A stretch of 61,788 nt of DNA, counting the filler, from Rhabdomonas costata (Eukaryota), in the NCBI GenBank assembly GCA_019059605.1. It is 24 parts of 24 records of this genome, joined end to end, with 100 filler letters (N's around TTAATTAATTAA, not from the genome) between each part and the next. Parts side by side here need not be neighbours in the genome. Positions count along the whole stretch, not along the records: positions 36,110 to 38,587 come from JAHMHO010003227.1; positions 38,688 to 41,162 come from JAHMHO010003228.1; positions 41,263 to 43,741 come from JAHMHO010003229.1; positions 43,842 to 46,319 come from JAHMHO010003230.1; positions 46,420 to 48,898 come from JAHMHO010003231.1; positions 48,999 to 51,475 come from JAHMHO010003232.1; 18 more parts are not named here. The stretch is one strand, 5' to 3'. The notes beneath the pieces were generated by a model that saw only the letters and a list, made by a program, of their open reading frames with translations, did not search any database and was not told where the DNA came from. Position 1 is the first letter of the stretch. Each line of letters starts with the position of its first letter. Shown here in pieces: positions 38,437-51,124 of the stretch. The position numbers and the translations under genes are program-made.

Positions 38437-41400
38437 GTGTGGCGTTTCCAAAAAAAAATGTGACGACCGGTGGACCTGTGGGGTTTTTGGCAAACCTTTG
38501 TGGGCTCGTCGTCCAATTAGTCTAAATGCCAGTCTTTGTTGAGTTGGTTTTACTTCCGATAGCCGAAAAACGGATTCAACAACCCCCNNNNNNNNNNNNN
38601 NNNNNNNNNNNNNNNNNNNNNNNNNNNNNNNTTAATTAATTAANNNNNNNNNNNNNNNNNNNNNNNNNNNNNNNNNNNNNNNNNNNNTTGTGTGGGGTGG
38701 CTTCAGTTGCGGTATTCCGGTTGTTTGAGGCATTTGTCGGCTTGACGGCATCACTTGCTGAATGGGCGTATTTGATACCGGGGTAGCGCTTCACTCCCTT
38801 GATTTGCATTTACATCTGTGTACCCCGTATTGGCAACAAGCTACAAGAATTTCCGACCAGTTTTTTCCACACTGAGGGTTCTGTTGTCCTTTCCGGCCTG
38901 GAGTCTGTGGATTCTCTGGACGTGTTTTGGGTGATTGGTGCTTCAAATTAGTCCGGGTACGTCCCGGATCGATTTCAAATGGACCTGTTTGAGTGCTATC
39001 TTTAAACCCCTGTCAAGTGCTGTGCAAGATGCTGATTTTCGCAGCTGTCCTTTGATACAGTGATCTTAAATAAATTACAGTGGCCAGCTGCAAGGAGCAA
39101 TCTTTCTATTGCACGGCACTCTGCGGTGGGTGGTAGCCGCGGAGATTTTGAGTTGTTTTTCGATCACCACAGTCTCTGCCATCCAAAGGTCGTCCCTCTG
39201 CGCTACGTGCCGAGGGACACGCCCGTCGTGAAGACCCTCCTGCTCGGTGGCTTCATTCTTGCGCTGAGCCTTGAGACACACGCATGCGTCCCTTCTGAGC
39301 GCTCTCCCATTGGAGCTCCGATCGGGTGCCGACTGGTGGCGGCCCTTCCGGGGCTGTTTCACGGCGCTCTTCCCCGTGGTCAGGGTAGTGGTGCGGTTAT
39401 TCCTACCCTGGATGAGGCGCCTCCGGTGTGGTCGGAAAGAAGCCAGAGGCCTGGACATCGTGGAGTCCAACTGCGGAGCACGGACTTCTAAGAACGTTGA
39501 AGAAGCTTCATAAAAAACGAGACGGCCGAAAAAAGACGGGCGCACGATACCCAGTAAACCTTCCCCTCCAGTTGCGTCGGTGTGCGTGTGCGTGTGTCGT
39601 GCGTGGGTTGGATTGCGCTTGCTTTTGGTTGCATCCCCCTCCCCCCACTGTGTGTATGTGTTTGTTTGGATGCATCGGTTTTTTGGTGAGCCCCCCCCTC
39701 CTCCTCTCCACTCTTTTCTTTGGCGGTTCGTTGAGTTTGTCAGGTCACTCATTGGGTAGACAGGTTGCTGTGAAGTATCCCACGGAATGGTGGCTCGGTG
39801 AAGCCTTGACATGGAAATATGGCCTAATGGCCTTTCCTTCACAACAGCCAGAAGAGGGAGGGAGAGAGGGAGAGAGCAAGTTGTGAGTTTGTATCGCGGC
39901 CGGGAGACGCGCAGAAGACCCTTCTCGCGAAAGCAGCAATGCGTCATTGGGGGAGTGTATCTGTGAGATTTGTTGAGGATGCACGCGATTGGGGAGTCTT
40001 TGTGTGCATTTGTGTTCTTAGAGAATGTGCATGGATGCACTGCCCTTTGCAATGCTTGGCCCCGGTGCGGGTGATTGCATTCATCTCATATGATTGATGC
40101 CGTCCGGTTTTGCTGTACCCACTCACTGCTCGAAACCACCCCAGATGACGTCCCCGTGGCCGCGTGCACCTTTTCAGGTTTGTTTGTGGCAATTGTTGAG
40201 AGGTAGCGAGCATGGGTGTGCGAGTGTGGGTGGTATTGCGCCAGTGCGAGCAAGAGCAATCTTTCCGAGTGTAGGCGGGCATGGGGTGGCTCGCGATCTT
40301 TTTGTTTCCGGGATGCTTGTCGTGGAGAGAGTCAGCTGTCCACCCTTCTCCCGTGCCATTCCCTATCCTTATGTCTCCCGGTATCCATCTCTCTCTCTCA
40401 GGATTCACGCCAGCTCAGTGACCTCCGTCTGGGTGGTCTCTACGTTTTCTCTCTTCACCATTCTCAATCACTCTATCCACTGGGGTTGTGGTCGGAAGTG
40501 GTCGCCACCATCCACTATCCACTGTGGTTGGAAGTGGTCGCCTTCAGCCCAGACAAGCCGACGGGAAGAAGTGCTCAGATGCAGCTGTGGTTGGAGGGGC
40601 CCTGGGCTAGGTGCAGCCCCTGGGGGTGAGCCTTGGGGTGGGTCTTCCGATGCAGCGACCTCACCGTGCAGCACTGGGTGGTCACGGTGGAGGCGAAACC
40701 GGCAACTGGGCTGGCGTGCTGAAGTCATCGGTTGGTCAGCGTGGTCCTTCACCTGAGAGAGGCATTATTACACACATTTTTCTAGTTTTTCGACACGGTC
40801 GGTAACGCGGCATTGTCTATTCTGCAAACCTTCTTCTTTCACCAGAAGGGGAGGGAGAGGGCAACACCTTTCCTGAATTTTGTGCACACGCTGCCCTTTT
40901 GTGTGCTTTCTAGCCATTTCTCATTCTCAGACTTTAACTTCCCCGGTCATGCATTGGTTGTTGTCAAGTTTGCACCTCAAAAGAATGTAATGCAAGCATT
41001 TAATTTCCCTGTGCCTAGTAGTGCCTAGAACCAGTGTAAAAAATTTCGCAAGAATTACTGGTTCCGTGAGGACGTTCAAAGTTTTTCAGAAAGGGCCGTA
41101 TGTGAAAGCATATTAAGGTGTACGCAACAAATATTTATTTGCTCATCTCTCCCCCACCCACANNNNNNNNNNNNNNNNNNNNNNNNNNNNNNNNNNNNNN
41201 NNNNNNTTAATTAATTAANNNNNNNNNNNNNNNNNNNNNNNNNNNNNNNNNNNNNNNNNNNNTGTGGTTGTGCTCTTCTTTCGAGAGTTGAGAATCGTGA
41301 TCGTGAAAATCCTGCCAGCTGCCACCTGCGCAGCTGGCAGGATTTTCACGATCACGATTCTCAACTCTCGAAAGAAGAGCACAACCACGCTACATCGATC

Positions 41401-41888
41401 GTCCATGTCGATATCCGATCCATCGTTGTTTCGAACGAGCAGAGGCAGACTTTCCGCGTTCACCGAAAGTATAGTGTGTCCATCCTAAGAAGCGGCGGAT
41501 CAGTAAAATGTAGCACAAGTGCAAGCAGACTCCAAAATAAAAAGACTTAGAGGGGCTACAATTTCGCGCTCCTTCTCGCTCACTGTCTTTCTCTCCCATT
41601 GTACCCCATTATCAGTAGAGGTCGTCTGTATGTCTGTATGTTGTATGAAACGTCACGTGGAGAGTCGGTGTGAACGGCGAGAGGAAGGAGTAAATCATGC
41701 AACTACAACAGATTGGGGAACAGACGGGGAGCCAACCCAAACAAAGAGACATGTAGGTTTCACATTTTCCATAAAGAACCAGAAAGAAGGACCAGAAGGA
41801 AAAGAAACCCTCACTGAGCCCCAACGAGACAAGCGAATGCCATTTCCGCTGATCCCAGTCAAGACAACTGCCCGCCTGACGTGCTCCT

Positions 41889-43315
41889 CTACGTGCGAAG
41901 CTCCATAGGAACTGCGGAGAGGTTCCCTGAGAAGGGCGTGGAGGGGGAGTACGCGAACAGCCCCTCGGAGTTAAGCAGAGTCCCAGAGCTGCTGCCCTGC
42001 ATCGCGCGCAGGTACTTCACGTAGGAAATCGCACCGGGGACGTTGGTGGCGCGGTTGGGGATGGCCAGGGTGTAGATGATCGCGGAGCCCAAGTAGGTCA
42101 CGTTGGTCGCGGTGTTGGTGTAGTTCGCCTGCGAAGCAAGCCCCCAGTCATTCGTGTATTAAGCTGTGTGAAGCGAAGCAGTGAGTGCCAGGTAATGGCC
42201 AGCTCCGGTTATAACGTCAGTGGCACCCTCGGACCTACGGAGAAAACCCCGTAACAAGCTGACTGTGCCTGATTGCTTCTCGTCAGGAATTTGGGGGAAG
42301 GGTAGGCGGGGTCCGCCAGAGCTGAGTTGGATCCTGGATGATGATATTCTCTCAACTAAGTGGGAGACTTTGACTAAAAGAGCCTGTGTGGTGGTCAGGA
42401 CGGGCTGCATCCTCTGGTGGTCCCCCGGGGGAGTTGGGGGAAGGGTCCCGTCACCTCTCTCTCTTGTATTGTGGACGGACAGAAACTGCGCCTGCATTCC
42501 TTTTGGCTGGTTGTCCTTTTGCTGCTTCTCTGGGCGGAAAGGACTAGTCCAGAATTCAGTCATCTGGTTGTGTGAAGCGAAGTGCAAATGCCAATCCGCG
42601 GGAAAGCGGCAAGGGCATGACAAAGAAAAACACTGCGGGAGCAACCACAGCAGCGGGAACGAGGCTTGTGAAGGTGCCGAGAACACGAAGGAGAGCACAT
42701 CGAAACAGCGGGCCACTAAGATAAGTCATATTCCAGCAAAGGAAAAATGAAGCCAAGGATGCGCTTCGCAATGTACACTCATTCCAGCTATGCGTATCAC
42801 TTGACCGCCAAGAGCAACTGCTAAGCAACTGACATCAAGACGGAGGTATCCCATCCCTGGATCGTTGCTCTCGACTCAGAAGGGAAGTTGCGGGTGTAAG
42901 CAGGAAAGAGTACACGGAGAGCCCATCACCGCGAAGAACTAAATTGGGCCACGTGGTCAATACACCTCGAAAGTGCTAAGAAGATAGAATCTGTCCCTGC
43001 ACGCAGCGACAGCTCCTCGTCCTCCAAAAACAAATGAGCCAAAGCAATCAGCAACCTTGGCGTAGTACGAGTTCAGCGTCTCGTTGCTCATGTCCAGGTA
43101 CACCGGCAGCGAGATGAACCGCAGGTCCCCGCCCCACTGCTTCTCCACGTCATAGAAGAACCCCACATCGATGTCCCCGCGGGTCAGCAGGTCCTCCAGG
43201 TTCTGCTCAGTGTAGATCTGGAGGTTGTTCCGGGGGGTGCCCAAGATCTGGTCCTCGATCCCGGGGACGCCATAGTAGATGCTCGCAAGACGGGTCATAA
43301 TTACGGTGCGATACC
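41889..43315 (-). CDS. WtpA/ModA-like tungstate/molybdate substrate-binding protein, 3' part; exons 43056-43315 and 41889-42128
   Basis: GYRTVIMTRLASIYYG...EQNLEDLLTRGDIDVGFFY...FISLPVYLDMSN...YYAK|ANY...GSAIIYTLAIPNRATNVPGAISYVKYL...VPMELRT* follows the WtpA pattern (GYR..M..LA..YY; L..G.ID..F.Y; I.LP..INL; G.PIVY..TIP.NA.N...A..FV.FL). Confidence 0.78.
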
Positions 43316-43841
43316 CTGAAAAGGGCGAATCATTATTGCAAAGCAGTAGGCGAGAAAGTGAGAACGGAAGGAATGCAAATTGAGCAGCACAAAGAGAGGG
43401 TTTCGAACTGCATTGGGTGTAGCAGAAGGCTCCGGCCTGAACCAAACGTTTCATATTAATGGGAGGTGAAAAGGAATGTCCGCAATTATTCACCTTTCCT
43501 TTCCTCGTCACCTTTTGCCCGCGTCCCTAATCCACTCCTGAGAGGGCTGAGCAGGGAAAGGGAAGGGGGAGAGCGACGAACTGCTGAAAACGAACTGCTG
43601 AAAATTACGAGAAAAAAAGGACATCGCACCAAATCGTGAGACGGGGGGAGGGGGCTGGTACAACCGTGACGGCGAGAAAATACATTCCAAAAAACGGACG
43701 GACCAAGACCAACCTAGCAAGAAGAAGCGTACACACAAACCNNNNNNNNNNNNNNNNNNNNNNNNNNNNNNNNNNNNNNNNNNNNTTAATTAATTAANNN
43801 NNNNNNNNNNNNNNNNNNNNNNNNNNNNNNNNNNNNNNNNN

Positions 43842-44924
43842 GGTTGGTGGTTGTCCACCAGAAGCGCGCCCACCCGCGCGTCGTTGAGCATCACGCTGGT
43901 GGTGGTCTCCATGTTGGTCTGGTAGCCCACTTCGTGGATGATGTTCACCAGCATCGCGGCGGTGTTCTGGTTGGACTTGGCCTGTCCCCACGCATACAAA
44001 TACACTGTCCTCGATAAGCCACGCCATCGTGTGCCACTGGTTGCCACCGTGCAGGATCAGCCAATGTTTTCATCATACTCTAAGGGTTTCTAAGGGTTTT
44101 CTAATCCGCTAAAAAATCTCAAAGGGAAATCTTCGCAATGCGCTTCCGGAAGTGGCTGACCAGTGGCTGGCGAAACGGCAGGGACTGTTTCGTCCCCACC
44201 CGCTGCACACGCACACACACATGAGCAGCACTTGCTCGGCGATCATAACCACCACTTCCACTGAGACTGACGGTGATGCCTTTGGGATAGGGGGCGAACA
44301 AACATCCCTCAAGTCATCTCCCAAATTAATCCGTTGGTCGGAAAATGCCGGTGAGCCCAGGTTACACAGCACGCGCCGTTCCTTGTTTGTCGGAGCGCAT
44401 CGCGCTGGAGCGCATTGCGCGGTGGAGCTAATTTTCCCCCGTGATCCCCTGTCTTGAGTCGAATTTCGATGGCCGGTGGGACGATTATGCTCCATGATTT
44501 CCATAGGGTGCTCACCTTCAGGGCCCTTTATCACAGAGTGCCACGGAGCAGCGGCATAGCGCAAGCGGCAGTGTATTTTCTTTGGGGGAGGGGGGAAGAA
44601 CCGCCAACTCTGCCTCCTTTCCTCGCCTATCCTTTCGCGGACAAACCCGAAACCGCTTTCCCGTGTTTCCCGATTTTTCTCACGTGCGTTTGTGCGTGTG
44701 TGTGTGCGAGGCACCGACTGGGCCTGGGCCTGCGTGACGGAGAAGGACTGCACCGCGGACATCACCAGCTCGAGCTCCCTCCGCAGGGCGTTGTTCTCGC
44801 TCTGCATGTCGGCGACCCAGCTCAGGCCCACCGCAAGCCCAGCCACACTCAGCGCCACCACCAGAGAGATCATAATGATCACCAGCAGAAGTCGCGTGGT
44901 GGGCTTCATCTTTCCTCCAAACTC
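43842..44924 (-). CDS. Membrane-anchored receptor-like protein, partial (exons 44715-44924 and 43842-43981)
   Basis: TM helix LLLVIIMISLVVALSVAGLAVGLSW followed by a coiled segment. Phase-0 GT-AG junctions and GC3-rich codons. Confidence 0.6.
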
Positions 44925-46916
44925 CTGGGGCGAACAAAAAAGGATGGCGGTGGTGGTGTTGGCAGCTTCTAAACCATTTCAAACTGTCGGCCTGTTGTGA
45001 ATCATCTGGACCGGGATTCACACTGGGTTTCAGGGTCGCAACTTCATCGTGAAGCTGTCGTTACGCGAAAAGCTTTGGTCGCGAGCAGTGTGAAAGACGC
45101 ACCAAATTGGATTACAAATGGGTTTTTCGAGCCCTCGGAGCTGGGGGATTTTCGTGTGACGGAAGCAGAAGCAGAAGCAGAAGCACTTCAGGGACCACTT
45201 GGGCCACTTGAAGGACCCTCCCTTTAGTGTGAAGCCGCAGAGCGTTGCGCCGGCAGGGCTGGCTGGCAGGGCTGCAAAAGAAACTGTTTTTTTCTTTTCA
45301 TAAAAGCAAACCCGCTCTTGGGATATGGGAGACCAGAGGTCAACGTCGGGTCACGTCTCACAAACAAGCCAAAAAAAAACAGCTCTTTTTTCACTCTGGG
45401 ACTGATATTATAAACATGGGTTTATGACCAACCAGGTGTTTTGTCAAAGCCCTGCTGGCAGGAGGCGGGCGGACGCGTCCAACACTTTTCACAGAAAATC
45501 AATCCCATGACCGAAGTTCTGGGGGTAGCTTTGTGTCATAATACCCAGGACGAAAGCAAATATTACCACGACGTCAATGATACACAGGTCTCCCGAATGC
45601 ACTGTTTTTAAGGGTCAGAATATCGTCTGCACCAGTTTGCGCCACCAGGACGGCGAGACCTGCGTCCGAGCGCAATGTGTCGTCTTTGAGTAAGATCACC
45701 GTGAAAAACAAACCAGTTCGAACCGGGAGCGTTCACTATCGACCCAAGCACGGAAAGCGCCGTGGACTACGCTAATTTTGGAGGCAGGGCAACAGCAGCC
45801 AAAAATGTAGCAAAAGCACACCTTCTGGTTGCGCGGTCGGCCGCCTGGCCGGAAGCGCGACCAGGGACACAGGCGTAGCACGCGCTGAAGCGCTTCGCCC
45901 ACGACACGGAGTGGGGCTCCCTGAAAAGAAGAAAGCAAGAAGGGAGAGAGATGATGTGACGCTAAACCTAAAGCCAAACCGTGCAACACCCCCCCCCTGA
46001 ACGGTGGCACGCTCTTCCAGGGTGCTTGCCATCAAAAGCTCCCAATACTCACCACTCATACCCCACGCGAAACGCCGCTTCGCGCTTCCTCGTGGGAAGG
46101 TCTCAGGCAGGCCTCCAGCTGCGCTAACTCCGAAAGGCTCAGGCCTTCGCCTCGAACGAGTTCTTCCCACCCTTTTCCCAGAAGGTCGGGTGCAGCTTCC
46201 TTTACTTCGGACTCGGTGACGTCCAAGCCAGCACCCCTGCAGTCGAGTCAGAGAACACACAGCCTCTTTCGCAACACATGGATATTTGTTGTTTCAAAAA
46301 AAACGTCTGCAAAAAACCCNNNNNNNNNNNNNNNNNNNNNNNNNNNNNNNNNNNNNNNNNNNNTTAATTAATTAANNNNNNNNNNNNNNNNNNNNNNNNN
46401 NNNNNNNNNNNNNNNNNNNTGTGTGTTTTGAGGAGGGGGACGTCCTCTTAATAGCCGAGGAGCGTCACCCACGGAGGGCGATCAACCCACCTGTGCTTCC
46501 GGCTCGGCTCGCCCGTGCCCGTGCGCCGGTTTGGGGCGCTTCTAGGCCCTGGGGGCCGCGGCGGGGGGCGGGAGGATGGCACATGTACCACTTGCATGTC
46601 CAGATAGGCGGAGTATGCGGCGTAGAATTCGGGCTCTATGGGGAGTGCGAAAGGAAACCCGACCAGTTTGCAGAGTGAAGAAAGAACAGAGCGCGCAGGA
46701 AAAAAGGGGTAAGGAAGGGGAGGAGCGCAACTGGCGTTACTGGCTCTGGGCATGGAGTTTGACTGCATTGGAAGGGCGCTTCCCACGGGCGTGCTGCTAG
46801 GGCAGGGCGTGAAGTTCCAGTGAAGGAGATTGCACAGCCGGCAAGGATTGGGGGGACGAGGCTCAGTTGCGGGACGCGTGGTTTATCCACGTGTGTTCGC
46901 ATAAACATTAAAAAAA

Positions 46917-46940
46917 TGCCTGCTCCCGGGATTGAACCAA

Positions 46941-46982
<42 letters not shown>

Positions 46983-46989
46983 AGCAGGC
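46917..46989 (-). tRNA. tRNA-Phe(GAA)
   Basis: GCCTGCTTAGCTCAGTTGGGAGAGCGTCAGACT-GAA-GATCTGAAGGTCCTTGGTTCAATCCCGGGAGCAGGCA, followed by a T-run terminator. Confidence 0.97.
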
Positions 46990-47073
46990 TGGTGTAACAA
47001 AGGCAAGCGGTCTGCTTTTTAGCAAAGCTCAAACCCTCGTTGTTATCGTGTGTCAGTATCATAATTTCCACCT

Positions 47074-47145
47074 GGGAGTTTAGCTCAGTGGTAGAGCGTC
47101 CGCTTTGCATGCGGAAGGCCGTGGGTTCAAACCCCACATCTTCCA
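47074..47145 (+). tRNA. tRNA-Ala(UGC)
   Basis: Cloverleaf with TCCGC-TT-TGC-AT-GCGGA arm and the G3:U70 identity pair; one U:U mismatch in the acceptor stem. Confidence 0.95.
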
Positions 47146-47197
47146 AGTTAGTTATTAATGTTAAGATCAGGTTGACAAGTTGTTTTGGTAAAATACT

Positions 47198-47269
47198 GGG
47201 CCGTTCCGGGAATTGAACCCGGGACCTCCCGCACCCGAAGCGGGAATCATGCCACTAGACCAAACGGCC
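47198..47269 (-). tRNA. tRNA-Pro(CGG)
   Basis: GGCCGTTTGGTCTAGTGGCATGATTCCCGCTT-CGG-GTGCGGGAGGTCCCGGGTTCAATTCCCGGAACGGCCC. Confidence 0.97.
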
Positions 47270-47338
47270 ACTGAGCAATTTAGAGGCATCTGTAAGTTAT
47301 AACCGTATTTAAGTCATACGGAAGGGCAGAAGTTGCAC

Positions 47339-47411
47339 CGCCCCAGGTAGGGATCGAACCTACGACCTTGCGGTTAACAGCCGCACGCTCTGCCGATTGA
47401 GCTACCAGGGC
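47339..47411 (-). tRNA. tRNA-Asn(GUU)
   Basis: GCCCTGGTAGCTCAATCGGCAGAGCGTGCGGCT-GTT-AACCGCAAGGTCGTAGGTTCGATCCCTACCTGGGGCG. Confidence 0.97.
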
Positions 47412-47491
47412 TGGTGAGTAGTAAGTTCACACCTCCCCATGTATAGCTTCATGTTGTTCAGGATGAGTCAAATTCTCCAGCAGTTCAATCT

Positions 47492-47563
47492 GCCTCCGTA
47501 GCATAGTGGCAGTGCGACAGATTCGTAATCTGTAGGTCATGGGTTCGATCCCCATCGGAGGCT
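47492..47563 (+). tRNA. tRNA-Thr(CGU)
   Basis: GCCTCCG acceptor, ACAGA-TT-CGT-AA-TCTGT anticodon arm, GGTTCGATCC T-loop, then TTTT. Confidence 0.96.
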
Positions 47564-47619
47564 TTTACCACCACATGTGCTGAGGGCAAAGCTTCCAGCA
47601 TCGACTTCGCTTCCATCCC

Positions 47620-47691
47620 GGACCGTTAGCTCAGTGGTAGAGCATTCGACTGCAGATCGAGAGGTCGTCGGTTCAACTCCGACACGGTCCT
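47620..47691 (+). tRNA. tRNA-Cys(GCA)
   Basis: GGACCGT acceptor, TCGA-CT-GCA-GA-TCGA arm, U73 discriminator, then TTTT. Confidence 0.97.
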
Positions 47692-47707
47692 TTTCGGTTT
47701 GGTGTGA

Positions 47708-48569
<862 letters not shown>

Positions 48570-48998
48570 GCATCTGCGTGTTCGCAAAATTTGAATACAT
48601 AAGAGTTACTAGCATTACTTTAGAATTGTACCCACCTCTGTCTTCAGGTTCTTTTTTGAGATGCTTACGCTTTATGATCTTTTGGAAATGTGAGCACATC
48701 CGATTGAAATTTGGGTAAAAGATGGAGTTTGACGTTCAGTGGATAATTAGATAATAGTGTGAGGAAATTCGTTTCTTGTTTTTTGTAAATTGCCAGGGTT
48801 CGCTAGGTTCGCTGCGCGGTTCAAGACATCCAGCGCGACAAACCCGGGGCACGCGCATACAAGAACCGAATTTCCTCACACTATTATCTAATTATCCCNN
48901 NNNNNNNNNNNNNNNNNNNNNNNNNNNNNNNNNNNNNNNNNNTTAATTAATTAANNNNNNNNNNNNNNNNNNNNNNNNNNNNNNNNNNNNNNNNNNNN

Positions 48999-50455
48999 TT
49001 GTTTTTGGTCTCTTCCTCCTGCCGTGTGTGGGTGCTTCACTCCAGTCCCCTTGTGGCATTCTCTCCACCCGGCGCCTTCATTTTGGTTGGTCCTGGTCTC
49101 CCCTCCTTGCTCATACATACATTCGCCTTCTTTTGCTACCACTTCGCGCAATGCTGCCCTCCTCCCTGTTTCAGTACATCGATGACATTCTGCTCTGTCA
49201 CACAGACCCCTACTTTCTCACATATTGTACCCACTACGCCGCATTTCTCCTCGAATCCGCTGGGTTTCTTCTGAAAAGACTGTCCTTATTCCCTCCACAA
49301 ACGTTCTCTGGCTCGGAAAGAAACTTTACCTGTCTCTTTCGTTTACAATCCGCTCTCTACGCTCTCTACACTCTTTAACGCAACCTGCTCCCTTTTCTTC
49401 CGCCCTCTCTCTCATCGCCGCCTCCTTCGTGTTCTGGGCTATCTTCAGTGGCTTTCTCGTTCTCGTCCGGGATAAAGATTTTTCTCGCGCAGCGGCCCAC
49501 TCTCCCTCCGTTTCTTCCCCTCCGTCTGCGGCCACCTCTTCTTCACCGTTCTTCACATTCTCGTTCATCTTCCTGCTGGGAGAGACAAACCACCACTTCC
49601 TCCCACTTTCCCACCCATTTTTGTCGACGCCGCCCCGGACCCGCCTGGTTATCGTTTGGGTACCAATCACACTGCCCGTTACCGCGCTTCCGTCTGGGCA
49701 TTTGCGCCGAAGTCAAAATCAAGCCGAACACCACGGGCTTTACCACTTTATCTGAAAGGCAGGTCTCCGGAAGTTCACGGACGTGCGCCTAATTACGGAC
49801 TCCGCTGCCGCGTTTTACGCGTTATTGCGTGGGCGCTCTTTTTGTCGTCAGGCAGTCTTATTGTACGACTTCGCCGCCGCATTTGGCGAACAACACATCA
49901 GTACGGCAAACACTTTCCCGTTGCTCTTACATCATCCGCCCTCAATGCGGCCGACGCCCCATCTCGCCTACACATACTTCCACCTGCTCTGGTTCTATTG
50001 CGTTCCGCAAACCTACCTGCATTTCCCAACCTCTTCTCACACTGCCGTTGTTTCACGCTTCTGGAACCGAAGCGCCACCATTCCCTATTCTTGGCGGTCT
50101 TTTAGGGTTGTGAAAGTACCAGAAAAGTTTGTGTGCATCTGGTCTTCTCCCGGGTGGGCCAAGAAACGAAAGTTTCCCAAGGAAACTGCAGTTTCTCCTG
50201 CATCACCGTGTCTTCTCAACTGCTAGTCTTTCTATATTCCTTTCCCACCTTTTTTGGCCCATCAATTCTTCTCTCTCTCTCTCTGTCTCTGTCTCTGTCT
50301 CTCTCAATGTCTCTCCCTACCTGAACCTGCAGCTTCGAACTGCCACGGCAACAATGCTGTACACAATCCTAATGGTTTGTGCAAGTACCAGAAAAGTTTG
50401 TGTGTTTCTGGTCTTCTCCCGAGTGGGCCGAGAAACGAAAGTTTCCGAAGGAAAC
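48999..50455 (+). mobile_element. DIRS-order (Ngaro/PAT/VIPER-like) retrotransposon, 3' part: frameshifted RT-RNase H followed by B1-A2-B2 split direct repeats
   Basis: RT: RLHFGWSWSP...QYIDDILL...LESAGFL/SEKTVLIPSTNVLWLGK. RNase H: FVDAA, QNQAE, LITDSAAAFYALLRGRS, NAADAPSR. Repeats: B about 50105-50186 and 50374-50455; A 50184-50280. Confidence 0.85.
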
Positions 50456-51124
50456 CCTTGAAACGTAGAACCCCAGATTAGACGCCTGTAGAGAGTCGGA
50501 ATAGGAATATAAAAAAAGGGCTTCCCACTCTGCTCGTCGGTCCACTCGATAAGGAGGATAGGTGGGGGTAAAGGCCTGCCACCACCCCTTCAGGTTCACT
50601 CCCGGCGGCAACTGCGCGAGCGACCAGGAATGACAGGCCTCAACTGAGATAAAGAAAGCTCCCGTCAGTCCCAGCGACATGCTCACCCCATGATATCAGC
50701 GCTTTATGAAAGTTAAGGGGCTCTTGCTCCAGGCACCGGCGGTCTCGGCAGCAACTTCCGAAAAGACGCCAGAAAGCACCATCGTCCATGAAAGCGTGAT
50801 GTCGAGCATATGCTGTCTGACGAAGCTTTGCTATTCTGCTTTTTCTTGAGTAGTAGAACATTCTGTTAGTCCGTTACCCCGTCTGCCTGTGTGCTCCTTT
50901 CAAGAAAAACACTCCTACTTTCTAATTATCTCGTGCTGATGTCTCCTTTCGCGTTCCAGTGACTGAAGACAATTTATAGTTGCTGGAAACGGAAAACTGA
51001 ATGATTTTTATTTGCAAAAGTACCTTTGAAAAAGTTGTTTCCCTCTTCTTTTAAAACTTCAGCTTCCGCCATCCCAAAATCACCGGCGTCTGAATCGAAG
51101 TCCTTATGTTTAGCTTTCACCTAG

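Noticed and set aside
39075-40052. Longest ORF in the track (325 aa, minus), and similar long ORFs at 3854, 6787, 40094 and 59445
   Set aside because: They run through microsatellites and intron-like sequence or are antisense to likely exons; no domain recognisable.
41264-41388. Perfect palindrome with about 59-bp arms
   Set aside because: It sits exactly at a contig start, one of four such terminal fold-backs, typical of amplification or template-switch chimeras.
46420-46910. GC-rich stretch beside the tRNA cluster as a tRNA-linked snRNA/7SL or SL RNA gene
   Set aside because: No U6, U2, 7SL or spliced-leader motif recognised. An Infernal/Rfam scan would settle it.
48741-48898. About 38-bp inverted repeat
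   Set aside because: Terminal position, with a mismatch near the inner end consistent with mispriming; probable chimera.
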